In this document: piece after piece, positions 44,590 through 53,363 of the stretch
How positions within the stretch are numbered: the first letter of the stretch is position 1
Layout of the letters: each line of letters begins with the position of its first letter
Source: an uncultured Dehalococcoidia bacterium
GTDB lineage: Bacteria > Chloroflexota > Dehalococcoidia > Lucifugimonadales > UBA1123
Direction of reading: 5' to 3'
DNA: 64,000 nucleotides
Assembly: GCA_958296105.1 (NCBI GenBank)
Contig: OY282441.1
Location: 1,813,800-1,877,799, forward strand
Notes under the pieces: model-generated
Databases searched by the model: none
The model's input: the letters and a program-made list of their open reading frames with translations, nothing else
Told to the model about the DNA's origin: nothing
Made by a program: the position numbers and the translations under genes

Positions 44590-45048
44590 ATGTCCCAAAC
44601 AGATACGACCATTCCAGAATCCGCCCAGCCGCAGACCAGCCTAGTATCGTCTCACCGCGTCAAGCTGCTGGTGGGGCTGATGGCGATTGTCGGAGCGCTT
44701 GGATTCTTCGCGTTTCAGGCGTTCGAGGGGGCGACGGTGTACTACTACACTGTCGCCGAGATGAAGGAGATAGGCCCCACGCCCGAAAACCGGACGGTGC
44801 GCGTCAGCGGCAAGCTGGCTGCGGACTCGTTCCACAGGGCGGAGGGTTCGACTCTAGCCGAGTTCGACCTGACGGACGGCGGCGCAATCCTCGCCGCCGC
44901 TCACGAAGGCGTTCTGCCAGACCTGTTCTTCAACGACCACTCCGAGATCATCCTGGAGGGCCGCTACCACGCGGACGGCGTGTTCGTGAGCGAGAACGTC
45001 ATCGTCAAGTGTCCGTCCAAGTACATCGCGGAAGAAGAGTCGGGCTGA
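44590..45048 (+). CDS. ccmE: Cytochrome c maturation heme chaperone CcmE, Cys-type (CPSKY) variant
   Basis: N-terminal TM anchor and OB-fold-like body (VRVSGKL...). VIVKCPSKY stands where classical CcmE has H-x-x-x-Y. Confidence 0.75.
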   Translation: MSQTDTTIPESAQPQTSLVSSHRVKLLVGLMAIVGALGFFAFQAFEGATVYYYTVAEMKEIGPTPENRTVRVSGKLAADSFHRAEGSTLAEFDLTDGGAILAAAHEGVLPDLFFNDHSEIILEGRYHADGVFVSENVIVKCPSKYIAEEESG

Positions 45049-45061
45049 TCGCGCCCTTCCG

Positions 45062-46294
45062 ATGAGCGCGGCGTCCGCTGTGAGCTTTCCCAAGTGGGCG
45101 CGCTCGTTCGCCTTTCCAAACTTCCGCCTGCTGTGGGCGAGCGTGCTGCTTCAGTCTGCGGGTATGGGGATGAACGTGGTGGTGACGGGCTGGCTCGTGT
45201 TCGATGTCACCGGCTCGCCGTTCTTCGTTGGCGTGTCGTCCGCGCTGGCGATGGCCCCGTCCTTCTTTCTCGGCCTCGTCTCGGGCGCGGTCGCGGACAG
45301 GGTGGACCGAGCCATGCTCATGCGCGTGGTCACGGTCGCCGCCGCAGCGGTTTCGGCGGCGATGGGCGCGGCGCTGATCACGGACGCGGCGCGCCTCTGG
45401 CACATACTCGCCCTGACAGCCGCGGGCGGGTGCGTGTCCGCGTTCATTATGACCACTCGCCAATCGCTCACCTACGACATCGTGGGGCGGGAGCTGGCGC
45501 TCAACGGGATGTCGCTCAACTCCGTCAGTATGCAGATAGGCATAGTCTTCGGATCGCTGCTGTCTGGCGTCATCGTCTCGTCATTCGGGGCAGGAGCGCA
45601 GTTCCTGTTCATAGGACTCGTGTTCATTGCATCGGCGGGATTCCTGCTGTTCGCCCGCGCCTCCTCATCGCGCAGGCGGGACGCGCCCCGCGAGTCGGCG
45701 CTGCGCATCCTCCTAGAGTACGTGGGCATAATGCGGCGCAACCGCGTTCTCGTAACCCTCATGGCGCTGGTAGCTGTGACGGAGCTGTTCGGATTCGCGC
45801 ACATGAGCCTGCTGCCCGTGATCGCCAAGGACGTTCTCGGCTTGGGGGCGTTCGGCTTGGGAGCGCTGGCAGCGCTTCGGCAGGTGGGAGGCATTGCCGG
45901 GCTGGTGGGGCTTTCGGCGCTGGGCAGCTTCAGGCGCAAGGGAATGCTCATGTTCGCAGTCATGGCGGTGTTCGGCGTCAGCCTGATGTCTCTGCTGGCA
46001 TCTACGGAAGTGGCGTACTACGCGGCGATGCTGTCTCTGGCGACCGCGTGCGCTATGGCGGTGGATACGCTGTGCATGACGCTGATGCAGGAGAACGTCG
46101 CGGACGAGCAGCGCGGCCGCGCGATGGGCGCGTGGACGCTGAGCATCGGAGTCGCGCCCATCGGCCATCTCGGACTCGGCGGGCTGGCCGGCTACGTGGG
46201 CGCGCCCATCGCGCTGTTCGCCAGCGGCTCGGCGCTCGTGGCAGCCAGCCTCGCCACGGCAGTCGGCCTGCCCGGAATCAGGCGACTGCCCTGA
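45062..46294 (+). CDS. MFS transporter
   Basis: 12 hydrophobic segments. GAVADRVDR loop motif. Confidence 0.75.
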   Translation: MSAASAVSFPKWARSFAFPNFRLLWASVLLQSAGMGMNVVVTGWLVFDVTGSPFFVGVSSALAMAPSFFLGLVSGAVADRVDRAMLMRVVTVAAAAVSAAMGAALITDAARLWHILALTAAGGCVSAFIMTTRQSLTYDIVGRELALNGMSLNSVSMQIGIVFGSLLSGVIVSSFGAGAQFLFIGLVFIASAGFLLFARASSSRRRDAPRESALRILLEYVGIMRRNRVLVTLMALVAVTELFGFAHMSLLPVIAKDVLGLGAFGLGALAALRQVGGIAGLVGLSALGSFRRKGMLMFAVMAVFGVSLMSLLASTEVAYYAAMLSLATACAMAVDTLCMTLMQENVADEQRGRAMGAWTLSIGVAPIGHLGLGGLAGYVGAPIALFASGSALVAASLATAVGLPGIRRLP

Positions 46295-46344
46295 AGAGAC
46301 TGGCGCTCACGGAATCAGTGAGATATTGCTGTTTTCCGCGTATC

Positions 46345-48906
46345 TCATGCCAGCCCTGACAGCGCCTCCCTCTGGCGCGCCATGCGGCTGTCGCGCTCGG
46401 CTGCGAAGCGCGCTATGCCGGCGTAGATGGATTCGGCGTCCAGGCGGGCTTCGGCGATTACGTCCGCCTCGGTTCCGCCGGTCAGCCACTGGTTATCCCA
46501 GTCCGAGGTCAGCGAGTACTCGTCCGTCAGCGGGCCTGGGTTTTGCACGGGCCACATTCGGCGGGTGCCGGTGGTGACTATCATCAGGTCGTACTTCGCG
46601 CTCGCTGGCAGGACGGAGTCTTGGTACTCCTGCGACTGGCGCAGGAACAGATCCTCGCTGATAGCGGCGATCACCCTGACGTTGACTCCCGCCTTCTCCA
46701 GTCTCGGCAGCACGGAGACGAGGTTCACCGTGGAAGACGAACCCTGCACCAGCACGCAGCCGTCTCTGGGCTTGTCCGGGTCGAAGTCTCGGATTAGGTA
46801 GAAGCCCTTTGCCGCGGCCTTTAGGTCGGAGTCCGCGAATGTGCTGCGGTCGGCGACGGGGAAGTCCGGCCTTGCGACTTCGAGGACGATGACGCCCACC
46901 TTCGCCTCGCGCGCGGCTATCTCGGCGGCGGCAAAGTAGCCGGGGGCGACGTCGTTGTAATCCCAGAAGCTGAGCGTTATCGCCTGACCGCGCGGGAACA
47001 GCTTCCACACCTGCGGCGCGAAGATGCCGAAGTGCGTGCGCGCGTCTGCGGCAGTCTCCGGCCCCGAGTGTCCTGCGAGGATGTGCAGTACGCCCGTCCT
47101 GAAGGGGCTGTCTTGGTTCTGCTGGCTCCAGACGCGCGAGGGCAGGTACATCAGCGGCGTGAACGCGCCATACGTGCCGCTGAGCGCCCAGACTCCAACG
47201 TGCTTGTCTGGGTCGAGCGAGACGGACTGCCCCACCAGCCCGATGGCGGTGGATGCGTTGCCCGCCTCTTGGATAGCGGCTTTGAGCCGTCCGCCGCTGG
47301 GGTTGGCAACCGGGTCGAACGTGTCCCAGATCGCGCCATGCTCCACGTTGATCGACTCGGCGAGGTCAGCCGCGACCACGATGAATCGGTTGTCTGTCAC
47401 GTAGTTCATCCACTTGATGATCTCGGAGATGGCCCTGCGCGTGCCGCGCACGTTGCCCGGCTCCTCGAACAGCTTGATGGAGAGCGGCTTGACTTCGCCC
47501 GATGACGGGTTGGTTGCCTCCAGATTCTGAGGCTCCGACGGCAGGTTCTCGACTGCGAGCCGCGAATCTTGGAACGGATCCTTGGCGCGGTCGATTCTCA
47601 GCGGCAGGCTGTCATCCACGCTGTCGCCTATGTCCGCCAGCCTGTCGGCGATCCAGTCGCCCAGCCCGTCGTTGTCGAGGACGGACAGCGCTATGTCCAT
47701 GTTCCGCTTGAACTGTAACAGCCGCTCGCGGTCGTCGGAGACGGCGCCGTTCCTGATCCCCTCGAACTCGACGCCGAAGCGCTCCTCGAACGTGCCTGCG
47801 AGCGCCACGAAGTAGTCGCCGTTCATGGCGAGGTTGTACGGGTGGCTGTGGTAGCTGACGACCTGCTCGCCGAAGCCGGGTATCTGGCCGTCCACCGCCC
47901 CGGGCCACCAGCCCTTGACAGTCTTGCCCACCACGATCATAGGCCTGTCGTCTTCGTGATCCCACTCCTCCATCGTCTTGAGCGCGGCGACGACCTGATC
48001 GTAGTCGTTGCCGTTGTCGAGTGCCATGACGTTCCAGCCATACGATGCCCACTGGTCTTCGATTCTGTAAGCGTCGTAAACCGGGCGTATGACGCTGCCG
48101 ACCAGCTCGTCGTCGATGCCCGCGTTGTTGTAGGAGAGCAGCAGGCGCAGCCGCTTGCCGACCTGCTGAGCCACTGCCGCCGTCTTCATCTCTTGGGAGT
48201 GTCCCGACGTCAGCGCGAACTCGCCCTCTATGGCGATGATCTTCAAGCTGTCCGGCGCGCCTACTATGTCCCAGAAGGCGGCCTTGCCCGCCGACGTGGC
48301 TATCCCGATGCCGGATGGCCCGCCGTTGACGTCGTTGGTCAGGTCTGTCGTCTCGGAGTGACCCGCGAGCGATCTGATTCCGCGAATCTTCGCTTGCGCC
48401 ATGAGCGGGTGATCCACGAGGCCGCTTTCCTGAAGAAGCGTGTCCAGCGCCTCCCTGCCCCGTCGGAAGCCGAGCGCGTCTATCGAGAGCATGGACGTAT
48501 TGGGGTCGGCGGCGTATCGGTCGTCGCCCGTGCTTGCGCGCTTGCGCGCCAGCGCCTCGCCCATGATCATCCACAGCGCATAGGTGACGGGGGCGTTGTG
48601 ACCTCCCGCCAGCATGAAGCGGTCAGAGTACGGGTGCTTCGGCCTGCGATAGTCGTATCTCAGACCGCCGAGATCGGGGCCAACCAAGTGCGAGGCGACG
48701 GTGTAGGGGGTGTAGGCAAGCGGCCCGCCGAAGTGTCCGGTCTGCGCGTAGTTGCCCAGAAGAACCAGGGTCATGGCCGTCAGAAAGCCGACGTCCTCGA
48801 TGCGCTCCTTGTCGTAGTCTGGCAGATCCACTTCGCGCGAGACCCGCCCCTGCGACAGTGATAGGGAGTTGACTATTGCCGTAGAGCTTCCGCTTGTTGC
48901 GACCAT
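46345..48906 (-). CDS. Large transketolase-like ThDP enzyme (853 aa)
   Basis: TGHFGGPLAYTPY and GGHNAPVTYALW resemble the transketolase N-terminal ThDP-binding region. The family assignment is tentative. Confidence 0.5.
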   Translation of the reverse strand: MVATSGSSTAIVNSLSLSQGRVSREVDLPDYDKERIEDVGFLTAMTLVLLGNYAQTGHFGGPLAYTPYTVASHLVGPDLGGLRYDYRRPKHPYSDRFMLAGGHNAPVTYALWMIMGEALARKRASTGDDRYAADPNTSMLSIDALGFRRGREALDTLLQESGLVDHPLMAQAKIRGIRSLAGHSETTDLTNDVNGGPSGIGIATSAGKAAFWDIVGAPDSLKIIAIEGEFALTSGHSQEMKTAAVAQQVGKRLRLLLSYNNAGIDDELVGSVIRPVYDAYRIEDQWASYGWNVMALDNGNDYDQVVAALKTMEEWDHEDDRPMIVVGKTVKGWWPGAVDGQIPGFGEQVVSYHSHPYNLAMNGDYFVALAGTFEERFGVEFEGIRNGAVSDDRERLLQFKRNMDIALSVLDNDGLGDWIADRLADIGDSVDDSLPLRIDRAKDPFQDSRLAVENLPSEPQNLEATNPSSGEVKPLSIKLFEEPGNVRGTRRAISEIIKWMNYVTDNRFIVVAADLAESINVEHGAIWDTFDPVANPSGGRLKAAIQEAGNASTAIGLVGQSVSLDPDKHVGVWALSGTYGAFTPLMYLPSRVWSQQNQDSPFRTGVLHILAGHSGPETAADARTHFGIFAPQVWKLFPRGQAITLSFWDYNDVAPGYFAAAEIAAREAKVGVIVLEVARPDFPVADRSTFADSDLKAAAKGFYLIRDFDPDKPRDGCVLVQGSSSTVNLVSVLPRLEKAGVNVRVIAAISEDLFLRQSQEYQDSVLPASAKYDLMIVTTGTRRMWPVQNPGPLTDEYSLTSDWDNQWLTGGTEADVIAEARLDAESIYAGIARFAAERDSRMARQREALSGLA

Positions 48907-49041
48907 CGAAACAATCTCCGAGCGTGTGTCTGGTTCTGTTTTGAGTCAGAGTTTTCGATCACGCCGCGCCCCCATCGGCTGGGCTGACGCGGCAAGATGA
49001 ATGATAAGGCTAACCGATGTTTGGTTGCAACTTGCGAGCGC

Positions 49042-49071
49042 GTCCGTATGTGTCCGCATGTGTCCGTATAT
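49042..49071. promoter_or_regulatory. Three phased 10-bp direct repeats GTCCG(T/C)AT(G/A)T in a divergent intergenic region
   Basis: gtccgtatgt gtccgcatgt gtccgtatat, read directly. Lies between the transketolase-like gene (start 48906) and the UGSC gene (start 49186). A TATAAT occurs at 49149-49154. Confidence 0.35.
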
Positions 49072-49185
49072 GGTCGAGAATCCGCACGGCTCGGGCGCTT
49101 CGGCGCGTGCAGCCCCCATATACTCAGACCGCGTCCATCCGAACCATGTATAATACCCTTGCCAACTTGCCCCGGAGGTTTCGAC

Positions 49186-49734
49186 ATGGTGACAGCGACC
49201 CGTACCCAGCATATCTTGGTGGATCCCACCACTCAGCCGATTGTGCCTGCGTTCGTTCCGGCTCCGAGGCTGGACTCGCTGGCGAACAAGCGGCTCGGCC
49301 TGATAGACGACGCCAAGGATGGCGCGCGCGAGCTTCTGGAGGAGATAGCGGACGTTCTGAAAGAGCGTCACGGAGTCTCCGGCGTGGCGTACCACCGCAA
49401 GCCTTCGGCGTCCAAGCCCGCCGACCCCGACGTGATGCGCGACATGGCGCGGGATTGCGACTACCTAATCATCGCAATCGGCAGTTGAGGGTCTTGCAGC
49501 GCGTGCAGTGTGCACGACGGAATTCACGCTGAGAAGGCAGGCATCCCCTCGGTGACTATCTGCACCGACATATTCGAGGTGACCGCCAGATCCATGGCGC
49601 AGATGTGGGGCGCTCCTGCCTACCCCATCGTCCTGACTCAGCACCCGATCGCCGAGCTAAACCGCGAGCAGCTGAGGGCAAGGGCAGAGGACATGCTGGC
49701 TGAGATGGAGGCGATACTGCTGGGCGCGACCTGA
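49186..49734 (+). CDS. UGSC-family selenoprotein candidate (in-frame TGA at 49486-49488)
   Basis: ORFs 48997..49488 and 49510..49734 share one frame. Read-through gives ...DYLIIAIGS-U-GSC-SACSVHDGIHAEKAGIPSVTICTD. ATG 49186 is preceded by GGAGG. Candidate hairpin at 49491-49518. Confidence 0.65.
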
Positions 49735-49737
49735 GCG

Positions 49738-50784
49738 CTACCCGGACAGATCCTCGAACACCGTCCGCCACTCCGAGGCGTCCCCGTCTCCGAAGCCGGC
49801 GCGATAGACTATCACGCCGTCCGCGCCAAAGGCGACCTTGGTGGACTGGTAAGTGACCTTGAAGTTGGCGAGAGTCCCCTTGCCCGGCTGGACTATCGGC
49901 CAAGGATACCCTTCTCGCTCGCCGAACGCCTCTAGGCTCTGGAATGTGTCCGTAGGGTCTACGTTCACCGCGTAGAAGTCCACCTTGTCCGCGTACTCCG
50001 GGTAGATGTTTTTCAGGCTCCGCAACTCGGAGCGGCACGTCCCTCAAAACGTGGCGAAGAAGAACAGGAACGCCGGACGTTCACTCTCCAACAGGGTGGC
50101 AGTAGTCATAACAGCGCCGTCGGCTGAGGCGAGAGAGAATTCGGGTATCCGCTCGCCTACGCCGCTGCCAATTTTCGCAGCCGGCGGAGGCGCGGTTGGC
50201 ACAGGCGTAGGAGTTGGAGGAACGGCGGTCGCGGTAGGCGCGGGCGTCGCTGTGTTGGTAGGCGTAGGAGGAATGGCGGTCGAGGTAGGCGCGGGAGTTG
50301 GAGGAACGGCGGTCGAGGTAGGCGCGCTGGTAGGAATCGGCGCAGGAGTGGCAGTGTCGGCAGGCGCGGGCGTTGGAGGCGCAGCTGTGGCGGTAGGTGC
50401 GGTCGATGCGGCGGGAGCCGTCGTAGGCGCGGCTGTGACGGTAGGCGCGCTGGTCGGGATTGGCGCAGGAGTGGCAGTGTCGGCAGGCGCGGGCGTTGGA
50501 GGCGTGGCGGTAGGCGCGGTGGATGCGGGAGCCGTTGTAGGCTCGGCAGTGGCGGTAGGCGCGCTGGTCGGGATAGGCGCAGGCGCGGCTGTGCTGGTCG
50601 GAATCGGCGCGGGCGTGTTGGCAGGCGCGGGAGGCGGCGTGCTGGTGGGCGCGGATTTCGAGGCGAGCGCGGCAGTCGCCACTGCCGCCGGCGCGGACGG
50701 CTCCGCTTCCGGCGCAGTCGTTCCGCACGCCACGGCGACGAGGGCAATTGTCGATATGATTACTGTAACGATGAGCCTAGTCAC
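49738..50784 (-). CDS. TlpA/ResA-like thioredoxin-fold lipoprotein, selenoprotein candidate (U-G-T-C; TGA at 50044-50046) with a long Pro/Ala/Thr linker
   Basis: ORFs 50044..50784 and 49738..50025 are in the same frame. ...ERPAFLFFFATF-U-GTC-RSELRSLKNIYPEYADKVDFYAVNVD aligns with the WCxxC region of TlpA/ResA. Signal peptide plus Cys (LVAVAC). Confidence 0.65.
50321..50680. repeat. Tandem ~114-123-bp repeats encoding the Pro/Ala/Thr-rich linker
   Basis: Units start at 50321, 50444 and 50558 (ggcgcgctggt(a/c)gg(a/g)at...). The protein repeat reads APIPTSAPT.TA.PTTAPA.STAPTAT..PPTPAPADTATP. Confidence 0.75.
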
Positions 50785-50874
50785 CAGACTTCACCCACTT
50801 CGATCATTTTGCTTGCTTGCCAGCGCCACTATGGTACACCATGATGCCGCTGGGCGTGAAGGATTTCCGCGCCC

Positions 50875-51498
50875 CTAGCCGGACAGCTGCTCGAACACCT
50901 TGCGCCACTTGTTCAGCCCGCCGCGTCCCATTCCCTCTCGGTAGATGATGATTCCGTCCGACCCGAAGGCGATTTTCGTAGATTGCTGGGTGACGTGCAG
51001 GTTGACGAGTATGTCTCTGTCCGAATGGGCTATTGGCCAAGGATATCCTTGATTCTTGCCGAACTCTTCCAGCTCTTCCAGCTCCGCGCTCAGATCGACG
51101 TTCACCGCGTAGAAGTCCAGCCTCTCGGCGAACTCAGGGTAGAGACCTGTCAGGCTCCGCAACTCGGAGCGGCAGACCGATCAAGTCATCGAGAAGAAGA
51201 ACAGGAACGCGGGCCGCTCCGAGCTCTGAATCTCGGCCGACGTCAGCGGCGACCCGTTCGTCAGGCTGATCTCGAACTCGGGCACGCGATCCCCGATATC
51301 GAACCCCGTCTTGCCGCTGAAGGCTATGGCGGTCGGCTCCGAAGGCGCAGCCGCCGCTTCCGACGCCGCGGGCGTATCCAGCTCGGGCGCGCCGCAGGCG
51401 ACGATCAGCGCCGAAATCAGCGCGACTCCGATCGCTGTCAGCGCCATTGCGATTGCAAACAGTATGGTTGACGTTGGAGTTTTTCCGCTAGTTCTCAT
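50875..51498 (-). CDS. TlpA/ResA-like thioredoxin-fold lipoprotein, selenoprotein candidate (U-S-V-C; TGA at 51181-51183)
   Basis: ORFs 51181..51498 and 50875..51162 are in the same frame. ...ERPAFLFFFSMT-U-SVC-RSELRSLTGLYPEFAERLDFYAVNVD. Lipobox LIVAC. Confidence 0.65.
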
Positions 51499-51587
51499 CG
51501 GTCTTGTCCGCCGCTGTGCGGTTACTACAGTTGTTTAGATGCCATTTGTCGGTCGGTGGGTTCAGGGGACGCCGGACGCTCCCGACG

Positions 51588-52289
51588 TCAGCTCAGCCCC
51601 ATGAGGTCGACCAGAGCTGCGAGGTCTGGCGTCTCGAGGTCCGGCTTCGCATCGGTCGGGCGTGTCGCGCCCACCCCTTCCCTGTCGTGTCCCCTGTTGA
51701 CCCACACGTTCGAGATGCCCAGCTCGTTGGCGGGCGCGATGTCGTGGTACAGGCTCTCGCCCACGTGCAGCCACCGACTCTTGTCGACTCCCATGCGCTC
51801 CAGCGCCGCCTCGAAGTTTCGGTGGCTCGGCTTGTAGCTGCGCACCTGCTGAGCCGTGATTACGGCGTCCATCTCCACGCCGAGAACCTGCGCTGTCTGC
51901 GCGAACAGGTCGTCGTCCACGTTGGATATGATCGCCAGCTCGAAGCGAGACTTCATCGCCCGAAGCGAGCTGCGGGTGTCAGGGAAGATGGGCCAGAGCG
52001 GGAGCGTGTCGGCTAGACAGGTCAGGTCCGACTCTGTGAACTGGAAGCCCAGCTCCACGCCGATCATCGCCATCACGCGGCGCAGCACGCGGCGGTATTC
52101 GAGATATCGGCCGCCGTCCTGTATCTGAGGCTCGACCTTGGCGAAGAGTTCGAGAATCTCGGATCTCGAAAGATGGATGTCGTGGGACGCCAGCGCAGCG
52201 GCGACGGCGTCCGAGATCCCCGTCTCCCAGTCGATCAGGGTTCCGTAGCAGTCGAAGCTCACCCACGTGAACCGGTCGAAATCGAGCAT
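51588..52289 (-). CDS. HAD-superfamily hydrolase (haloacid-dehalogenase type II-like)
   Basis: ORF 51588..52349. ATG 52289. VSFDCYGTLIDWE (DxYGT motif I). SNVDDD. GESLYHD. Confidence 0.8.
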   Translation of the reverse strand: MLDFDRFTWVSFDCYGTLIDWETGISDAVAAALASHDIHLSRSEILELFAKVEPQIQDGGRYLEYRRVLRRVMAMIGVELGFQFTESDLTCLADTLPLWPIFPDTRSSLRAMKSRFELAIISNVDDDLFAQTAQVLGVEMDAVITAQQVRSYKPSHRNFEAALERMGVDKSRWLHVGESLYHDIAPANELGISNVWVNRGHDREGVGATRPTDAKPDLETPDLAALVDLMGLS

Positions 52290-52359
52290 GAGACGCGCTC
52301 CTTGAAAATTGTGGCTTGCGGGGCAATGTCCCAGCCCACAGATGCCCACCCGCAGGCGG

Positions 52360-53277
52360 TCAGTCCAGCCCCACGCGCCCCACGCCGCCCGTGGCTCCGG
52401 GGCCTGAGATGAACCCCCGTATATCGTCCGCGTACCTGACTTCGGAGTCGTCTTCGGGCGCGTAGCCCAAGACCTCGCGCGCGTTGGAGAGCGACCAGAA
52501 GGCGCGCGTGTTGTTGCTGATGCCGTAGACGACCTGCCACGGTATGCCGTGTTCGTTTTCGATGCTGGGCGCTTCCAGTCCCTTCGTGAACAGCTGGGTG
52601 AGGTCTCGCGGGCTGATGTATGCGCCGAGGTCGCGCTTGTAGTTGGCGGGGTCTCCCTCGTAGGTGGCTAGATCGAGGTCTCGCGGCGCGCCGATTCGCA
52701 CCATGACCACGCCCAGCTTGCGCTGCCGCGCCTGTGACGCTCCCGTATGATCCTGGCCGCCGCCCGCAGTCTGGAAGCCCATCGCGCCGCAGGCGAACAG
52801 AAAGCCCATATGCTCATACGTGGCTTTTGCCCAGCCGTAGAAGTTGTCCGAAAGCGGTATGCGGTAGGGATCGAGCGACTCCATCTTGCGCGCGTGGATC
52901 AGGTTATGCTCGTACCAGTCCGCCGCGTGGTTGGAGCTTGCCATGACTACGCGAGACGCTCCGGCATCGTATGCGGAGCGAAAGACGTTGTACGCCATTT
53001 CGACGTTCTCCTTCTCGTCGAAGAAGTGGTCGAGGGGGTTTTCTCCCGAGCGCCGCTTGTAGCCGAGGTGGATCACGCCGTCCACCCCATCGAACAGGTG
53101 CGCGTAGGAGTCGCGGTCGGAGTCTATCAGGTCCTGTATGACCACGCCTTCGACCTTCTCGCCGCGCCGGTTCGTGTCGACCACGTCGACCAAGACCGTC
53201 TCGTATCGCTCTCTGAAAGTGGGCAGAAGCTGGTCTGCGATGTATCCGGCGGCTCCGGTGATCAGGACTTTGTTCAT
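52360..53277 (-). CDS. NAD(P)-dependent epimerase/dehydratase-family protein
   Basis: ORF 52360..53355. ATG 53277 is preceded by GGAGAG. MNKVLITGAAGYIADQL. YGWAK catalytic YxxxK. Confidence 0.8.
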   Translation of the reverse strand: MNKVLITGAAGYIADQLLPTFRERYETVLVDVVDTNRRGEKVEGVVIQDLIDSDRDSYAHLFDGVDGVIHLGYKRRSGENPLDHFFDEKENVEMAYNVFRSAYDAGASRVVMASSNHAADWYEHNLIHARKMESLDPYRIPLSDNFYGWAKATYEHMGFLFACGAMGFQTAGGGQDHTGASQARQRKLGVVMVRIGAPRDLDLATYEGDPANYKRDLGAYISPRDLTQLFTKGLEAPSIENEHGIPWQVVYGISNNTRAFWSLSNAREVLGYAPEDDSEVRYADDIRGFISGPGATGGVGRVGLD

Positions 53278-53363
53278 GGCATCTCTCCGTTGATTCCAGT
53301 CGGCGTTTGGCATGGATGGGCAGGTATCCGCCTTCTGGCGGGTTTGCGCTCTCACTCTCGGCG

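Noticed and set aside
50006-50878. 290-aa Gly/Ala/Val-rich plus-strand ORF and the 215/196-aa minus-strand ORFs (50081..50728, 50157..50747), considered as separate low-complexity proteins.
   Set aside because: They are alternative readings of the tandem repeat DNA that encodes the Pro/Ala/Thr linker of the TlpA-like lipoprotein. Only the frame contiguous with the signal peptide and the thioredoxin domain makes biological sense.
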